A DNA stretch of 64,000 nt from a virus. Its lineage: Duplodnaviria; Caudoviricetes. Positions 28,350 to 38,547 of this stretch are shown here, one piece after another. The DNA lies in the IMG/VR virus record IMGVR_UViG_3300025018_000148, positions 7,094 through 71,093 of that record. One strand, written 5' to 3'. The notes under the pieces are model-generated. The model saw only the letters and a list, made by a program, of their open reading frames with translations, did no database searches and was not told the DNA's origin. The position numbers and the translations under genes were made by a program. Position 1 is the stretch's first letter. Each line of letters begins with the position of its first letter.

Positions 28350-30844
28350 GCTGGGTCGTAGACAACTTCGAACTGCATCACAAAAACTTCGCTCACCGAG
28401 GACCCAGCAGCCCCAGATCCCCCGTAATCTTGGCTACCGTCCGCGAGGATCTCGTAAAAGATTGTGTCCCCCGCTACGAAAGCCCGATCATACTCGGCAC
28501 GAGCATACTTCCTTGTCGCCGTGAGAGTGCTGGAGGTGTTGACGGAGACAGGCGACCCCACCCCAATACTCTCGTGAACCAATTGAAATACTGCGGGGTA
28601 TGTCCCGGCTCCCGATACGTAAGCGGAGCAACCCCTGACACGCCCCGGACGCGAAGCGACGAACCCCAACTTCAGCCCGGTGCCAAGCGTGCCTGAGAGA
28701 GCCCTCTCCAACACGATCAACCCTGCCACGGCAGAGACCCCCGGCGTCTGGAGAACCACGGTGGTGGCAGTAGCAAGGTTTCCCGCATCGAGCCGGATCA
28801 ACTTCGTGTTATCCACGGGGTCCTGCACCAAGGTTTGCGTGTCATCGACCGGGAGGGAGGCACTTCCGGGAGCACCAAAGTATCCTACCACCGTCCAATA
28901 TGAACCGTTGAACTTGGTGAGAAGTTCCTTCTTCGGATCATCGAGAACGATGTCCGCCTCATCCCAAGTCCGGTATCCGTTGGCACCCGTGCTGTGTGTC
29001 ACCGTGATTACCCGAGCGGCATCCGCACATCGAATGAGACAGAACTGCCCCGAGGAAGCGCCGGTCATCGCGACCAACGCATCCGAAGCAGCCGCCCCCT
29101 CCGTGTCGAGGACCATGTTGTTCTTCGCGTAGGCGACACTGCCGGATGCAATCGCCGTGCTTGCACTCGGATTAAGGAGAATATTGTTGAAGGTCTGGGC
29201 TCCCGTGGATTCCACAGACCCGTCTGCTTTCAACGCCCCCGAAGCAGCCCCGAGAGCATCCTCCCAATAGTAGTCATTACTCGGATCAACATAATCATTG
29301 GGGAGGACCGTCGTGGTTCCGCTCCCTGTCGCAGTCCCCGACTTGAGTTCATAAATCTTGAGATCGCCAGAGGAAGCTTCGACGAACGCATAGACCACCG
29401 GGAGAGTTGGGGTGAGCCCACTCCACGAGATCTCCTGAAGACAATTGGCAGTTGCACCGAGAACCGTGTCGAGATCCTTTCGCAGCACAATCGTTTCCTC
29501 GCTGGACGCCACCCCCGGAATGTCGAGAGCCACGGCTTCCCAGTAGTAGTCGTTGGTGGGGTCCGAGTAATCGTGGGGAAGCACGGTCACGGTCCCGTTC
29601 GCAACAGCCGTCCCGGACTTCAGTTCATAGAATAGAAGCTCCCCGGAAGAGGCTTCGATGAACGCATACAAGACGGGAAGGGTAGGAGTTTGCCCGCTCC
29701 ACGAGATGTCTTGCAGGCAGTTTGTCGTGGCTCCGAGCACGGTGTCGAGTTCCTTCCGGAACAGGATGACCCGATCCGTGAAGGAGCTTTCCGAAGCGGA
29801 CGCGCCGATGTTGCCCCGCGCCCGCTCCTTCTCGTCCTCCGTGAGAGCCTGCGCCTGATCGTAGAGAACCGCTCCCTCAAGATTGCTAGAACTAATCGCT
29901 CCGATGTTGTCTCGGGCTTGCGCCTTCTGCGTGTCGTTCAACGTCTGAGGACCGGAATACAGGACCGCTCCATCCAAGGAGAGCCCGCTGATTCCGAGGT
30001 TGTCCAAAGCCTGCTCCTTTTGAGGCGTCGTCAAAGTTTGCGCCTGATCGTAGCGAAGCGCCCCATCGAGAGATAGCTCATTGATCCCCAAGTTTGTGAG
30101 GGCTTGGAGTTTCTGCCCGCTCGTCAGAGATTGCGAAGAGTAAAGCAACGCAGCCCCCAAGGAAGACAGGGTTCCGGCTCCGATATTGCTTCGCGCCTGC
30201 GCCTGCTGTCCCGCATCGAGAGACTGGGCTGCGTCGTATCGCACGGCTCCGGTGAGATCGGCAGGGAAAGACCCCGGCTTCCCTGTCACGTCATCCCATG
30301 CAACAGCCTCGGCGAGTTCCGCCACGTCCACCTTGCCGTTACCGTTGGTGTCGTAGATCTCTTTGAGCATGTATTGGGCACCCCCGGCAGACCCGGAGTT
30401 GTTGTCCGCATACATGATGATCGCTGCGGAACCGAGAACGGTCTCGGCTCCCGAGGTGTCGTTGAAAGCGGTCAGGACCATCCAGAGCGTCCGTTGCTCG
30501 TCGTCACCCATGTCATACTCCATCTCCCCGGCAGCGACGTTGAACTCGGCATTGTAGCCGGTGCGATTGTTCCACGCCGTAAGGGTGACCGTGTCGGTCA
30601 CATCGACCGCAAGAACGTTGGTGTCCACCATCGCGGGGGTGTCGTCGGTCTGACTCTCCCGAATGATAAGATTAATTCGTTCGAAACCCGCAAGATCTAG
30701 GGGTCGATCAAAACGAAAGGCCCCCAAGAAAAGTTGGAGGCTGTTCCCGGAGATCACCGTGGGAATTTTGCGGGTGTCGGCATCGATCAAAAATTGCCCG
30801 CCGTTTTTCCCGGTGTCGGTCTGAAGCCAGATGGTTTTAGCCAT
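28346..30844 (-). CDS. Tail fibre / receptor-binding protein
   Basis: Five GAVxYxxxQxLxxxQxxQARxNIG repeats, then two tandem ~85-aa near-identical domains and a beta-rich C-terminus. Confidence 0.8.
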   Translation of the reverse strand: MAKTIWLQTDTGKNGGQFLIDADTRKIPTVISGNSLQLFLGAFRFDRPLDLAGFERINLIIRESQTDDTPAMVDTNVLAVDVTDTVTLTAWNNRTGYNAEFNVAAGEMEYDMGDDEQRTLWMVLTAFNDTSGAETVLGSAAIIMYADNNSGSAGGAQYMLKEIYDTNGNGKVDVAELAEAVAWDDVTGKPGSFPADLTGAVRYDAAQSLDAGQQAQARSNIGAGTLSSLGAALLYSSQSLTSGQKLQALTNLGINELSLDGALRYDQAQTLTTPQKEQALDNLGISGLSLDGAVLYSGPQTLNDTQKAQARDNIGAISSSNLEGAVLYDQAQALTEDEKERARGNIGASASESSFTDRVILFRKELDTVLGATTNCLQDISWSGQTPTLPVLYAFIEASSGELLFYELKSGTAVANGTVTVLPHDYSDPTNDYYWEAVALDIPGVASSEETIVLRKDLDTVLGATANCLQEISWSGLTPTLPVVYAFVEASSGDLKIYELKSGTATGSGTTTVLPNDYVDPSNDYYWEDALGAASGALKADGSVESTGAQTFNNILLNPSASTAIASGSVAYAKNNMVLDTEGAAASDALVAMTGASSGQFCLIRCADAARVITVTHSTGANGYRTWDEADIVLDDPKKELLTKFNGSYWTVVGYFGAPGSASLPVDDTQTLVQDPVDNTKLIRLDAGNLATATTVVLQTPGVSAVAGLIVLERALSGTLGTGLKLGFVASRPGRVRGCSAYVSGAGTYPAVFQLVHESIGVGSPVSVNTSSTLTATRKYARAEYDRAFVAGDTIFYEILADGSQDYGGSGAAGSSVSEVFVMQFEVVYDPA

Positions 30845-31037
30845 GACGTTTGAAGTGGTCGTCTACTACATCGAGTAGTGTTTTCCTCGGGAGGACCTCG
30901 TGTCCGTCCAAAGCTTCGAGTTCGGCATAGCCCCCCTCGGTAATTCGAATGGTTGCCATGAGATCCACCGTGTCCTCTCCCGAATTAGGGATCTTCAGAC
31001 CCTCCGGAAGTTTGAACCTCAACTTCTCTGTTCTCAT
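30837..31037 (-). CDS. Hypothetical protein
   Basis: 66-aa ORF overlapping the tail fibre start. Confidence 0.55.
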   Translation of the reverse strand: MRTEKLRFKLPEGLKIPNSGEDTVDLMATIRITEGGYAELEALDGHEVLPRKTLLDVVDDHFKRHG

Positions 31038-31050
31038 GACCTTGCCTAGT

Positions 31051-31094
31051 AAGGAAAGAGCCCCCTGCCAGAGTGGTTCTCCGTCAGGGGGCTC
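31051..31094 (-). terminator. Intrinsic terminator after MCP
   Basis: gagccccctg...cagggggctc stem followed by TTTCCTT on the minus strand. Confidence 0.7.
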
Positions 31095-31134
31095 CCCATG
31101 TTACGCTTTGTTGCCCCAAGCGAAAGTGGTCTCG

Positions 31135-32304
31135 TTAAGCCACGGGGTTGTGGTTTTCGTCGATGAAGACGTTCTGGACGTTGGCCCGCTTGTGGCGAAG
31201 CACATATCCGAACTCCGGATGGATCGGTTCAGACCCGGACGAGAAGATCCCACGGAAGTAGCCCCAAGACTTGTCGGGGTTTTCGACCCGATCTGGGATG
31301 TTGAGCCACTTCCAATCCCCCATGTATTTCTGAGCCTCGAACTCGGTCTCGCCACCGGGAGTGGTGATCGAAGCCGGGATGAGAGAACGAAACACCGAGC
31401 GGAGGAAGATGATGGTGTCCTCGTAGGTAGCGGTCTCGTAATCCGGATTCTCGACAGCCCTCGACCCCTTGGTCGTGGCGACAAGAATCAGCGGCGGGAC
31501 CTCGACCCACACACCCCCGGTGAAGTTCCAGCGGGGCGGGAAGTCGTCGATGAGATGGTAGAACCCGTTGTAGGCGCGGCTGACACCGAGAGGAGCAAGA
31601 AGCTCGGGAGCACGAGAAGTGTTCCGAATATCCTCACGGATCTCGTAGTCCTTGCGGACGATAGCCTTGTCCGTTTCGGGCGACATGATCGCGACGAACT
31701 GCGGGCGACCATCGACGTAATCGACAGAGCCGTCATCACGAGCCGCACCCTGACGAGTGAGCTTGAGGTGGAACCGTTCGAGGATGTCGCCGGTCAGACG
31801 ACCAGTGGGTTCCGTGGTCGGGAAGGAGCCACTGGCTTCCGGGAAACCGTCAGCGCAGATGACCTTGTGCTCCGAGAGGCGCACATACTCGCTCCGGTGA
31901 CGCTCCTGCCAAAGCCAACCGGTGTTCTGGGTCAGGATGCTGTAACAGTTCTCAAGCTGCTTGCGCCGCTTGAACGTGAAACGCAGGTCGTTGATACAAA
32001 CCGGAGGCGATTCGAGAGCCGTCTGCTGGAGGTTGTAGTTCCGAAGGGTTTGAGCGAATTCGATCTGTTCGGCAGTAGGCACACAGTTGGAGCCAGTGCC
32101 ATCGTTGAAGGTGACCGTTTGCCACGTCGGAGAGTTCGCAGGGATCGTGCGCTCGTAAGTGAGCACCGAAATCTGCTCGCCCATCTCGTCGGGCCAAGTC
32201 CCCTTCTCGACAAGATCGATCCAGACAGTAGTGTGAAGCGTGCGGTCGTGGATGTCCTCGGAGATCCGTCCCGATTCGCTTACCAAAAGATCGTTGATGT
32301 CCAT
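31135..32304 (-). CDS. Major capsid protein
   Basis: 389 aa; downstream of portal and scaffold; own long leader, candidate promoter and terminator. Confidence 0.8.
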   Translation of the reverse strand: MDINDLLVSESGRISEDIHDRTLHTTVWIDLVEKGTWPDEMGEQISVLTYERTIPANSPTWQTVTFNDGTGSNCVPTAEQIEFAQTLRNYNLQQTALESPPVCINDLRFTFKRRKQLENCYSILTQNTGWLWQERHRSEYVRLSEHKVICADGFPEASGSFPTTEPTGRLTGDILERFHLKLTRQGAARDDGSVDYVDGRPQFVAIMSPETDKAIVRKDYEIREDIRNTSRAPELLAPLGVSRAYNGFYHLIDDFPPRWNFTGGVWVEVPPLILVATTKGSRAVENPDYETATYEDTIIFLRSVFRSLIPASITTPGGETEFEAQKYMGDWKWLNIPDRVENPDKSWGYFRGIFSSGSEPIHPEFGYVLRHKRANVQNVFIDENHNPVA

Positions 32305-32484
32305 GATGGGAAAGTAGAATAAAGGGTGTGGTGAGCCAGAAATTCACAACCTCCCTCTTGGGGGCTGTTTTCTGTCGGTCCCGGCGAGCCAGTTCGGGGA
32401 AGGAAGCTCTGAGGTGTTGGATAGAACGAGACGTGGTTCGAGCAACCACCGGGATGCTAAGCGACATCTCGGGAACGCACCTGA

Positions 32485-32514
32485 ACCCTACCGCATAATA
32501 CGCGAGGGCGTCAA
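32485..32514 (-). promoter_or_regulatory. Candidate sigma70-type promoter for MCP
   Basis: TTGACG-N18-TAGGGT preceded by an A-tract. Confidence 0.4.
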
Positions 32515-32541
32515 GGATTTTTTGGTTGTGTGAGGATCTTT

Positions 32542-33366
32542 TTACCCCGGAAAGGCAATGACCTGTGCCCCGAGATTGCCGGTCAACGGTCCCGGTTGCC
32601 CAAGCTCGGTAAGCTCAAAGCACTTCAACCCCAGCAGAGAAAGCTGCTCGACAATCATTGCGGTCGTGCATCCGAGGTTGGGTCCGGGGTGCGCCTCGAC
32701 AATGACGAACCCCTTCTTCGGGAGCCCCCGCAAAGTCTTCTCCGCCCCGGCAATGACCTCCATCTCAAACCCCTCCACATCGATCTTGATGGCTTGCGGG
32801 GGATCGACATGAGCATACTGCGGGGGCAGATTACCAAATAGCTCGTCGAGAGAGACCACCTGAACTCGTTCAACCACGGCGTCCTTCTCTTCCTCCCGCC
32901 GAAAGGAGGACATTCCGGGGGTCTTGGTCCACCGAAGCTCGGTAATCCCCGCCTCCTTGCCCGCAGCCTTCGATAACACCCAGTCCAAAGGCATTCCGTG
33001 ATGGGCGAAGTTGATCCGGCAAAGCTCCCTCATTCGCCCCTCCGGTTCCAAGGCGATCACGGGAGCCCCGGTGATGCGGTGGGCGAAGATAGACATCGCT
33101 CCGATGTTGGCCCCCACATCCACGAAAACCATGCCCGAACGCAGATGCCTTTTTATCGCCTCGAACACCGGTCGCTCGTAAAACCCGAAGTGGAGCAAAC
33201 TGTGGGACAACCACCCCTCGGTCATCCACAAATCGAACCTCAGATACTCCGTGCCAGTGAGGTAGTATCTCATCCCCGAATGGGGGTCAAGATAGCAGGG
33301 GACGGTCTGAGGAACGAGATGCAGCAAGGCGTTGCCCGAAAAAAGTTTTGGTTCAGGCAACGCCAT
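32542..33366 (-). CDS. FkbM-family SAM-dependent methyltransferase
   Basis: VFVDVGANIG, IALEPE, IKIDVEGFEMEVIAGA. Confidence 0.92.
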   Translation of the reverse strand: MALPEPKLFSGNALLHLVPQTVPCYLDPHSGMRYYLTGTEYLRFDLWMTEGWLSHSLLHFGFYERPVFEAIKRHLRSGMVFVDVGANIGAMSIFAHRITGAPVIALEPEGRMRELCRINFAHHGMPLDWVLSKAAGKEAGITELRWTKTPGMSSFRREEEKDAVVERVQVVSLDELFGNLPPQYAHVDPPQAIKIDVEGFEMEVIAGAEKTLRGLPKKGFVIVEAHPGPNLGCTTAMIVEQLSLLGLKCFELTELGQPGPLTGNLGAQVIAFPG

Positions 33367-33383
33367 ATATGCTTGCTTACGAA

Positions 33384-34667
33384 TTACCCGAAGGTGATGT
33401 CACCGCTCGCGAATCTTTCGTCCACACTTTCGAGGAACGTCGATCCCGGTTTGTAGTCCTTGTCGGACTTGCCGGGGGCGGGGTCTTTCCCGCTCACTCC
33501 GACTCCCTTGCCCTTGCCGGGGGCGGAACCAGTCAGACGAGCAACGGACTTCTCAAGCTCTCCGATGCGCTTGGTGTAGCCCGCACGCTCCGCAGCGTGC
33601 TTCTTGACCAGAGCCGGGACGAGATGAGTAGCGAAGGCTGCGAAAGCCTGCGTTCCAAGAGCGGCAATCGCGAGGTTGGCCCCCCGACCTTTCTTGAAGA
33701 CCTCGGCGAATTCGGGAAGCACCTCTCCGTCTTCCCCAACAATGCCGGGGATCTTGGTGGTGATGTTCTTCCAGACGGTGTCGGCGGCAGCTTCGAGAGC
33801 CTGTTGGTCTTCCTTGCTGCGGGCACCTTTTTCGGCGAGTCCCTTCCGGTCGAGATCCTTCTTCATCTCGGCGGCATTCTTCCGGAACTCGGCATCCTTC
33901 TCGAAGATCTCGTCCGCACGACTCACGAGACCATAGAGCTTGTGCTTGAGGAAGTCCGGCATGTCGTCGGTGATTTCGGACAACTTCTTGGCACGAGCGG
34001 ACAGGTTGGTCTCCGCCAGAGCCTCGAAAATCTCGTTCTCCAGTTCGGAGTCCCCGTCAGAGATCGCTTTGACCTCCTTCTCAACACGAGCCATGGGAGC
34101 ACGAACCTCCTGTTGATACTGCTCGGAGTTCGTGACCGACACCGCAGCGATGATCTTGTCCTGCTCAGCGAGTTTGGCTTCGAGTTCCTTGACCCTTTCG
34201 GAGGAGACCTCGGGGGCGCTCTCCCGCAATGTCTTGATCTCGGCCTTGAGAGACAGGTTCTCCTTCTCCGCAGCACGAAGCTCCTTCCAACGGGCTTCCG
34301 ACTTGGCTCCCTGCTTCTTGACTTCTTCGGGGACTTCCTCCTCGTCATCGTCGTCCTCGGTGGATTCCTCCTTCGAAGCTTTCTTCTTCTCGGGTTCCTC
34401 CTCTTCGAGCTTGGTCAGGTCGTCGAGGGACGGTTCGACAATCTCCTCGATCTCTTCGACCTCCTCGGATTTCGACGGGGTCACCTTGGCAGGAGTCTCT
34501 TTGCCGGGAGTCTCCTCGGATTTCGACGGGGTCACCTTGGCAGGAGTCTCTTTGCCGGGAGTCTCCTTGCCGGGGATTTCTTCGTGTTCGGGGGCGTCAA
34601 GGACCGTGCCACCTTCCGCAATGCGGGCGTCCAGCAGATCCATGAGTCCTAAGCGTTGTGTGGACAT
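33384..34667 (-). CDS. Capsid scaffolding protein
   Basis: Acidic disordered N-terminus, long coiled coil, between portal and MCP. Confidence 0.7.
   Translation of the reverse strand: MSTQRLGLMDLLDARIAEGGTVLDAPEHEEIPGKETPGKETPAKVTPSKSEETPGKETPAKVTPSKSEEVEEIEEIVEPSLDDLTKLEEEEPEKKKASKEESTEDDDDEEEVPEEVKKQGAKSEARWKELRAAEKENLSLKAEIKTLRESAPEVSSERVKELEAKLAEQDKIIAAVSVTNSEQYQQEVRAPMARVEKEVKAISDGDSELENEIFEALAETNLSARAKKLSEITDDMPDFLKHKLYGLVSRADEIFEKDAEFRKNAAEMKKDLDRKGLAEKGARSKEDQQALEAAADTVWKNITTKIPGIVGEDGEVLPEFAEVFKKGRGANLAIAALGTQAFAAFATHLVPALVKKHAAERAGYTKRIGELEKSVARLTGSAPGKGKGVGVSGKDPAPGKSDKDYKPGSTFLESVDERFASGDITFG
34461..34562 (-). repeat. Perfect 51-bp tandem duplication in the scaffold gene
   Basis: Two identical units 34461-34511 and 34512-34562 (TPGKETPAKVTPSKSEE). 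Confidence 0.95.
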
Positions 34668-34696
34668 GGTATATTAGGGTATCTTGGGGTTGAGAT

Positions 34697-35065
34697 TCAA
34701 ACTTCCTTCTGGCTTTCCGCTTTCCTCGAAACGCGGGCGTCTCCGGTCCACTCTTCCAGAGTGTCTTCTCCAGAGTCTTCTTTCGAATGCCGCAACGACA
34801 GAAGATTTTCAACAGTCAGGTGTTGCCCCGAGTTGATGCACTGAATGAAGGCAAGTTTGGCTTGTAGCTCGATGACGTTGGCAAGACCAAGATTCTGCGG
34901 GGTTTGCTCCGGAATGGCAAATTCCCGAAGCACGTCGATCAAGAGTTCCCCGGTTGGAGTCCGGAGAAACGTGTCGAGAATGTTGGCATGGGACTTGTCC
35001 CGGTGCCACCGGGTCGTCTTGGGAAGCCGATCCGGGTCGATAGCGTGAATAGAATTGTCTGGCAT
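34697..35065 (-). CDS. Hypothetical protein between portal and scaffold
   Basis: ORF in the head module; start refined to ATG 35065. Confidence 0.6.
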   Translation of the reverse strand: MPDNSIHAIDPDRLPKTTRWHRDKSHANILDTFLRTPTGELLIDVLREFAIPEQTPQNLGLANVIELQAKLAFIQCINSGQHLTVENLLSLRHSKEDSGEDTLEEWTGDARVSRKAESQKEV

Positions 35066-35104
35066 TGGTTGGGGCAACTAGGGGTGGGTAACAATATAGG
35101 GTTC

Positions 35105-37363
35105 TCACAATCCTGACTGCCCCGCACCAGAGGTGCGGAAGTCGAAAGGACTGATCGCACTCGCCGCTTTCGCGTCTGCAAGACGAGCATCCGTGTTGGC
35201 TTTGAGAAGTTTTGCCTGAATCTCGGCATCCGTCTTCTGCTGGATGATCTGGAGATTTTGCATGTGGAGTTCCGCCTTGCGTCGGAGTTCCTGTTGGTGA
35301 GCTTCTTCCTTGGGATCGGCAGCACCTTGGGGTGCGCCTTCCTCCGCCGCTTTTTGTCGGGCAGCTTCGAGCTTGCGGAATCCGTTGGTGATGATCTCCC
35401 CGGACTGCTGGAGGATCTGCCGGAATCGAGACACGTCGTTCTGGGACGAGTAGTTCGCTTCTTCCTCGTTGAGATGCTGGACACAGTGCTCGTGCAGAAC
35501 GAACAACCCTTCGACAACTTCCTCCATGGGGAGTCCCTCCGACACTTGCTGGATGACCTGCGCCATGATAGCGGTGTGCTCTTCGAGGTGCGTAATGTGC
35601 ATCTCGTTCGACTGCACCGGAACGGACACGCCATCGAGAAGCCACTGGGTCTCAAGATATGCGATCTTGGCGGCATCGGGTTTACGGACAACCTCGGGTC
35701 TGGAGATATACTCGTCCGCAGCATCGTAGGACCCAAGAATGTGGGCGGCACGATTCCGAGTCAAAGCCTTCCGACCGGTCTCGTCGAAGCCGGGGGAGAT
35801 CTCGGTCAATTGCCTGAAGGCTTCTTCCCGAGCCACGGCGCTCCCTGCTCCCACGGGACGGGTGATCCGGATTGTCCGGATCTTGAGTTTGTAAAGCGCC
35901 TCCAATGGAATCCCTTCTTCCTCAAGTTCTTTGTGCAAGGCTACGATCTCCCTGCCCCCCGGCATTCTTTCGTCCCACCCTTCTTGGATGATCCGTCGAA
36001 TCATCTCGATGATAAGCTTCTCGAACTGCTCGACGAACAGCAGCAGGTTCTTCACGGTCATCCCGGTCGCGTTCGAGATTCGGGCAGACGCTTCGAAGCG
36101 AGACATCTCGCGGGAGTCGTCAGGGAGCGCGAGGGAAGCGGTATAACCTCCTGCCTTCTCCCGAATCAGCGACTTCATCTGGTTGATGACCGGAAGAGTG
36201 TTCTGGGCGAAGTTGCCCAAGCCCCGCTCGATCACCTCGGCATCGGGGTGGAGCACTGTGAAAGGCCCCCGGAAGGATAACTGGGCTTTCCCGAGTGCCG
36301 AAGCATTCTTGGGACGAACGAGCAGAGACGAAGCGAGCATTGCTCCGTCGATGTGGTGACCATACATGCGATTGTTGGTCTGAACCGCAGAGAAGATCTT
36401 TTTCCCAAGCCCTCGGATGCCGTGGAACTTCCCTCCCGAACCAACATTGAAAATGAACGACACGAAAGCCTCGCCCATCCTCTCATACTGGTTCTTCTTC
36501 TCGAAGAGGAACTTGTCCACCCCGTCGTCGGAGGTCAAGATATACTGGGTGACAGAACCATCAAACTCGGTGACCCAGCAGTAGAGCACCTCGACGACCT
36601 TGGCCCGCGCCGACATGCAAAGATCGTTGGACTTGGCTTCCGTGACCCAATCTTCCCACGACTTATAGTTCCCGTTGTTGCCGGTCTTCGAAGCTTTGAG
36701 AATCGCCTTCTTGACCGAAGCCTCGTCCCACCCCATCTCCTTCGCGCCACCGTTGCGGATCTTGCTATACAATTCCGTAACCGTGAACTTCTCGCGAGCA
36801 AACGCGACCTCCACCTCGTCTTCCGAGGAGTCGGTATCTCGGGGAATGTAGAACTGCCCGAGGCGGCGAACATCAAAACGCCAATCGATGTGATCCCGGA
36901 AAGTGGCGAACGACACCCCCTCAGACACAAAGTATGTTGCGTTCAAAAGGTAGCGTTGCAGGAAGAGACCCCATCGGCGGATCAGCTTGGAAACCTTGTC
37001 ACACACCTTGCGGGCATTCTCGTTCCGCTCGGTCGGCGTCTCACCGAACTCGGTCTCGGCAGTGAAGAGCACCTCGACACTCTGGAGCATGTCGATGTAA
37101 GCCCCAAGAGCTTTCTCCAGAAGGTCCTCCCCCTCCCCGAAGTTGACGTTACACCGATAGGACTGGTTAGCTCGCTTGAGTTCCCCCCGATCATACGGAG
37201 GTTCCCCATCAAACATGAGTTGCTGCTTGGCCCGATCTCGGGAGGCTTCCTTGTCCGCCCGCTCCAAAATCTTGAAGTAGGTTCGAGCAGCCTTGGCGTC
37301 CGAGAACCGGGACTCCGGGGGCTCCTCGGTCTTGGCGTCCAATGATGCGGGCTCGTCTGACAT
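35105..37363 (-). CDS. Portal (head-tail connector) protein
   Basis: 752 aa; downstream of TerL; Gln/Ala-rich coiled-coil C-terminus typical of podovirus portals. Confidence 0.8.
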   Translation of the reverse strand: MSDEPASLDAKTEEPPESRFSDAKAARTYFKILERADKEASRDRAKQQLMFDGEPPYDRGELKRANQSYRCNVNFGEGEDLLEKALGAYIDMLQSVEVLFTAETEFGETPTERNENARKVCDKVSKLIRRWGLFLQRYLLNATYFVSEGVSFATFRDHIDWRFDVRRLGQFYIPRDTDSSEDEVEVAFAREKFTVTELYSKIRNGGAKEMGWDEASVKKAILKASKTGNNGNYKSWEDWVTEAKSNDLCMSARAKVVEVLYCWVTEFDGSVTQYILTSDDGVDKFLFEKKNQYERMGEAFVSFIFNVGSGGKFHGIRGLGKKIFSAVQTNNRMYGHHIDGAMLASSLLVRPKNASALGKAQLSFRGPFTVLHPDAEVIERGLGNFAQNTLPVINQMKSLIREKAGGYTASLALPDDSREMSRFEASARISNATGMTVKNLLLFVEQFEKLIIEMIRRIIQEGWDERMPGGREIVALHKELEEEGIPLEALYKLKIRTIRITRPVGAGSAVAREEAFRQLTEISPGFDETGRKALTRNRAAHILGSYDAADEYISRPEVVRKPDAAKIAYLETQWLLDGVSVPVQSNEMHITHLEEHTAIMAQVIQQVSEGLPMEEVVEGLFVLHEHCVQHLNEEEANYSSQNDVSRFRQILQQSGEIITNGFRKLEAARQKAAEEGAPQGAADPKEEAHQQELRRKAELHMQNLQIIQQKTDAEIQAKLLKANTDARLADAKAASAISPFDFRTSGAGQSGL

Positions 37364-37389
37364 GGGGGTGGGCTAGGCTGGGAGTTTCG

Positions 37390-38535
37390 TTAGGCCGGTT
37401 CGAGTTGCTTCTCCAGCTTTGTGAGCTTGCTTCTCAAGGTCGTCCTCTCTTTCTTGAGGGACTTGACCTCCTCTTCAAGACTCTTGATCAACCCCCTATA
37501 CTGGGAGATCACTTCGTCCTTCTTGGCGAGCTTGCTCTCGTAGGCTTGAATCTGGGTCTCCGTGCCGGGAACTTCCCTCGAACTCTGAAGCTCTTCCACC
37601 TTGGTGTGAAGCTTGTCGTTGAGGTCACGAAGCTGGGAGATCTCCCGCTTGAACTCGTGGCGCTCTTCCGTGACCTGCCGCAGTTCCCCGGAGAGCCGGT
37701 CGATCTCCTCCTGCTGTTTTTCGAGATCCTTCCTCCGCTTCTCGATGGCAAGCTCGTCGGGGGAAAGGAAGGTCTTCTTCAGGAGGACGAAACCCAACGA
37801 CCCGTCGCGACACCCGTGAATGACTGCGACCTCCCGGTCGTTGGCAGTCTTCTTCGCATTCTTGCGGATGCTGCTCTCATACGTGGGGGACTGCTTGCCT
37901 TCGATCAACTCGGAACGGTTGCGCTCGAACTCGACAGAAGCCCAAACGGTAGCGAGAACCTTCGACTGCCGCGCCTGCTTGACGATCTCTCCCCGGAGAT
38001 AGTGCTCAAAGGAGATGTCCCCAAGAAAGCGGAGGAGGGTGGACGAGAAATTGAAGTCTGCGGGGTAGACCCCGAAGCGCATGAACTGTCCCTTGTCGGC
38101 GAACTGCCCTTCGATGAACTTGCCGTCGTTGTCACGGGCGCGTTCGAAGGCGGGTTCGATACACCCAAGAAACGGGAGCGCCGCGTTCTCCTTATACTCC
38201 GCTTCGACCATGTCGAGCCATCTTCGCTGGGTGGGGTAGGCGTCCTCCATCCAGATCCACGGGAGGTTCTTCTCGGCAGCGATTTCCGCAGCTTGCCGGA
38301 ACATCTGGTTCCGTCCCCGCATGAGGTCCGAGACTTCTCGGTTGGCAACGGTCACTTTGACCTCCCGGAAAAGTCGGGAGATCCTTTCGCCGAACCTCTG
38401 TCCTTCCTCAAGAACTGTGGGGCAGGTGAGCACGACGACATCGTGGTTGGCATTGGGACCGATTTTTTCGAACAGCTTGGCAATCTGCTCGAAGAGTGGG
38501 GCGTTCTTCGCGTGGATGGGGATGATGACGAGCAT
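37390..38535 (-). CDS. Glycosyltransferase-like domain fused to a C-terminal coiled coil
   Basis: LVIIPIH start, WIWMEDAYP..WLD...EY...PFLG..GVYP..VIHG pattern resembles GT-A folds; last ~110 aa are heptads. Confidence 0.45.
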   Translation of the reverse strand: MLVIIPIHAKNAPLFEQIAKLFEKIGPNANHDVVVLTCPTVLEEGQRFGERISRLFREVKVTVANREVSDLMRGRNQMFRQAAEIAAEKNLPWIWMEDAYPTQRRWLDMVEAEYKENAALPFLGCIEPAFERARDNDGKFIEGQFADKGQFMRFGVYPADFNFSSTLLRFLGDISFEHYLRGEIVKQARQSKVLATVWASVEFERNRSELIEGKQSPTYESSIRKNAKKTANDREVAVIHGCRDGSLGFVLLKKTFLSPDELAIEKRRKDLEKQQEEIDRLSGELRQVTEERHEFKREISQLRDLNDKLHTKVEELQSSREVPGTETQIQAYESKLAKKDEVISQYRGLIKSLEEEVKSLKKERTTLRSKLTKLEKQLEPA

Positions 38536-38547
38536 TTTAGTGGTTGG

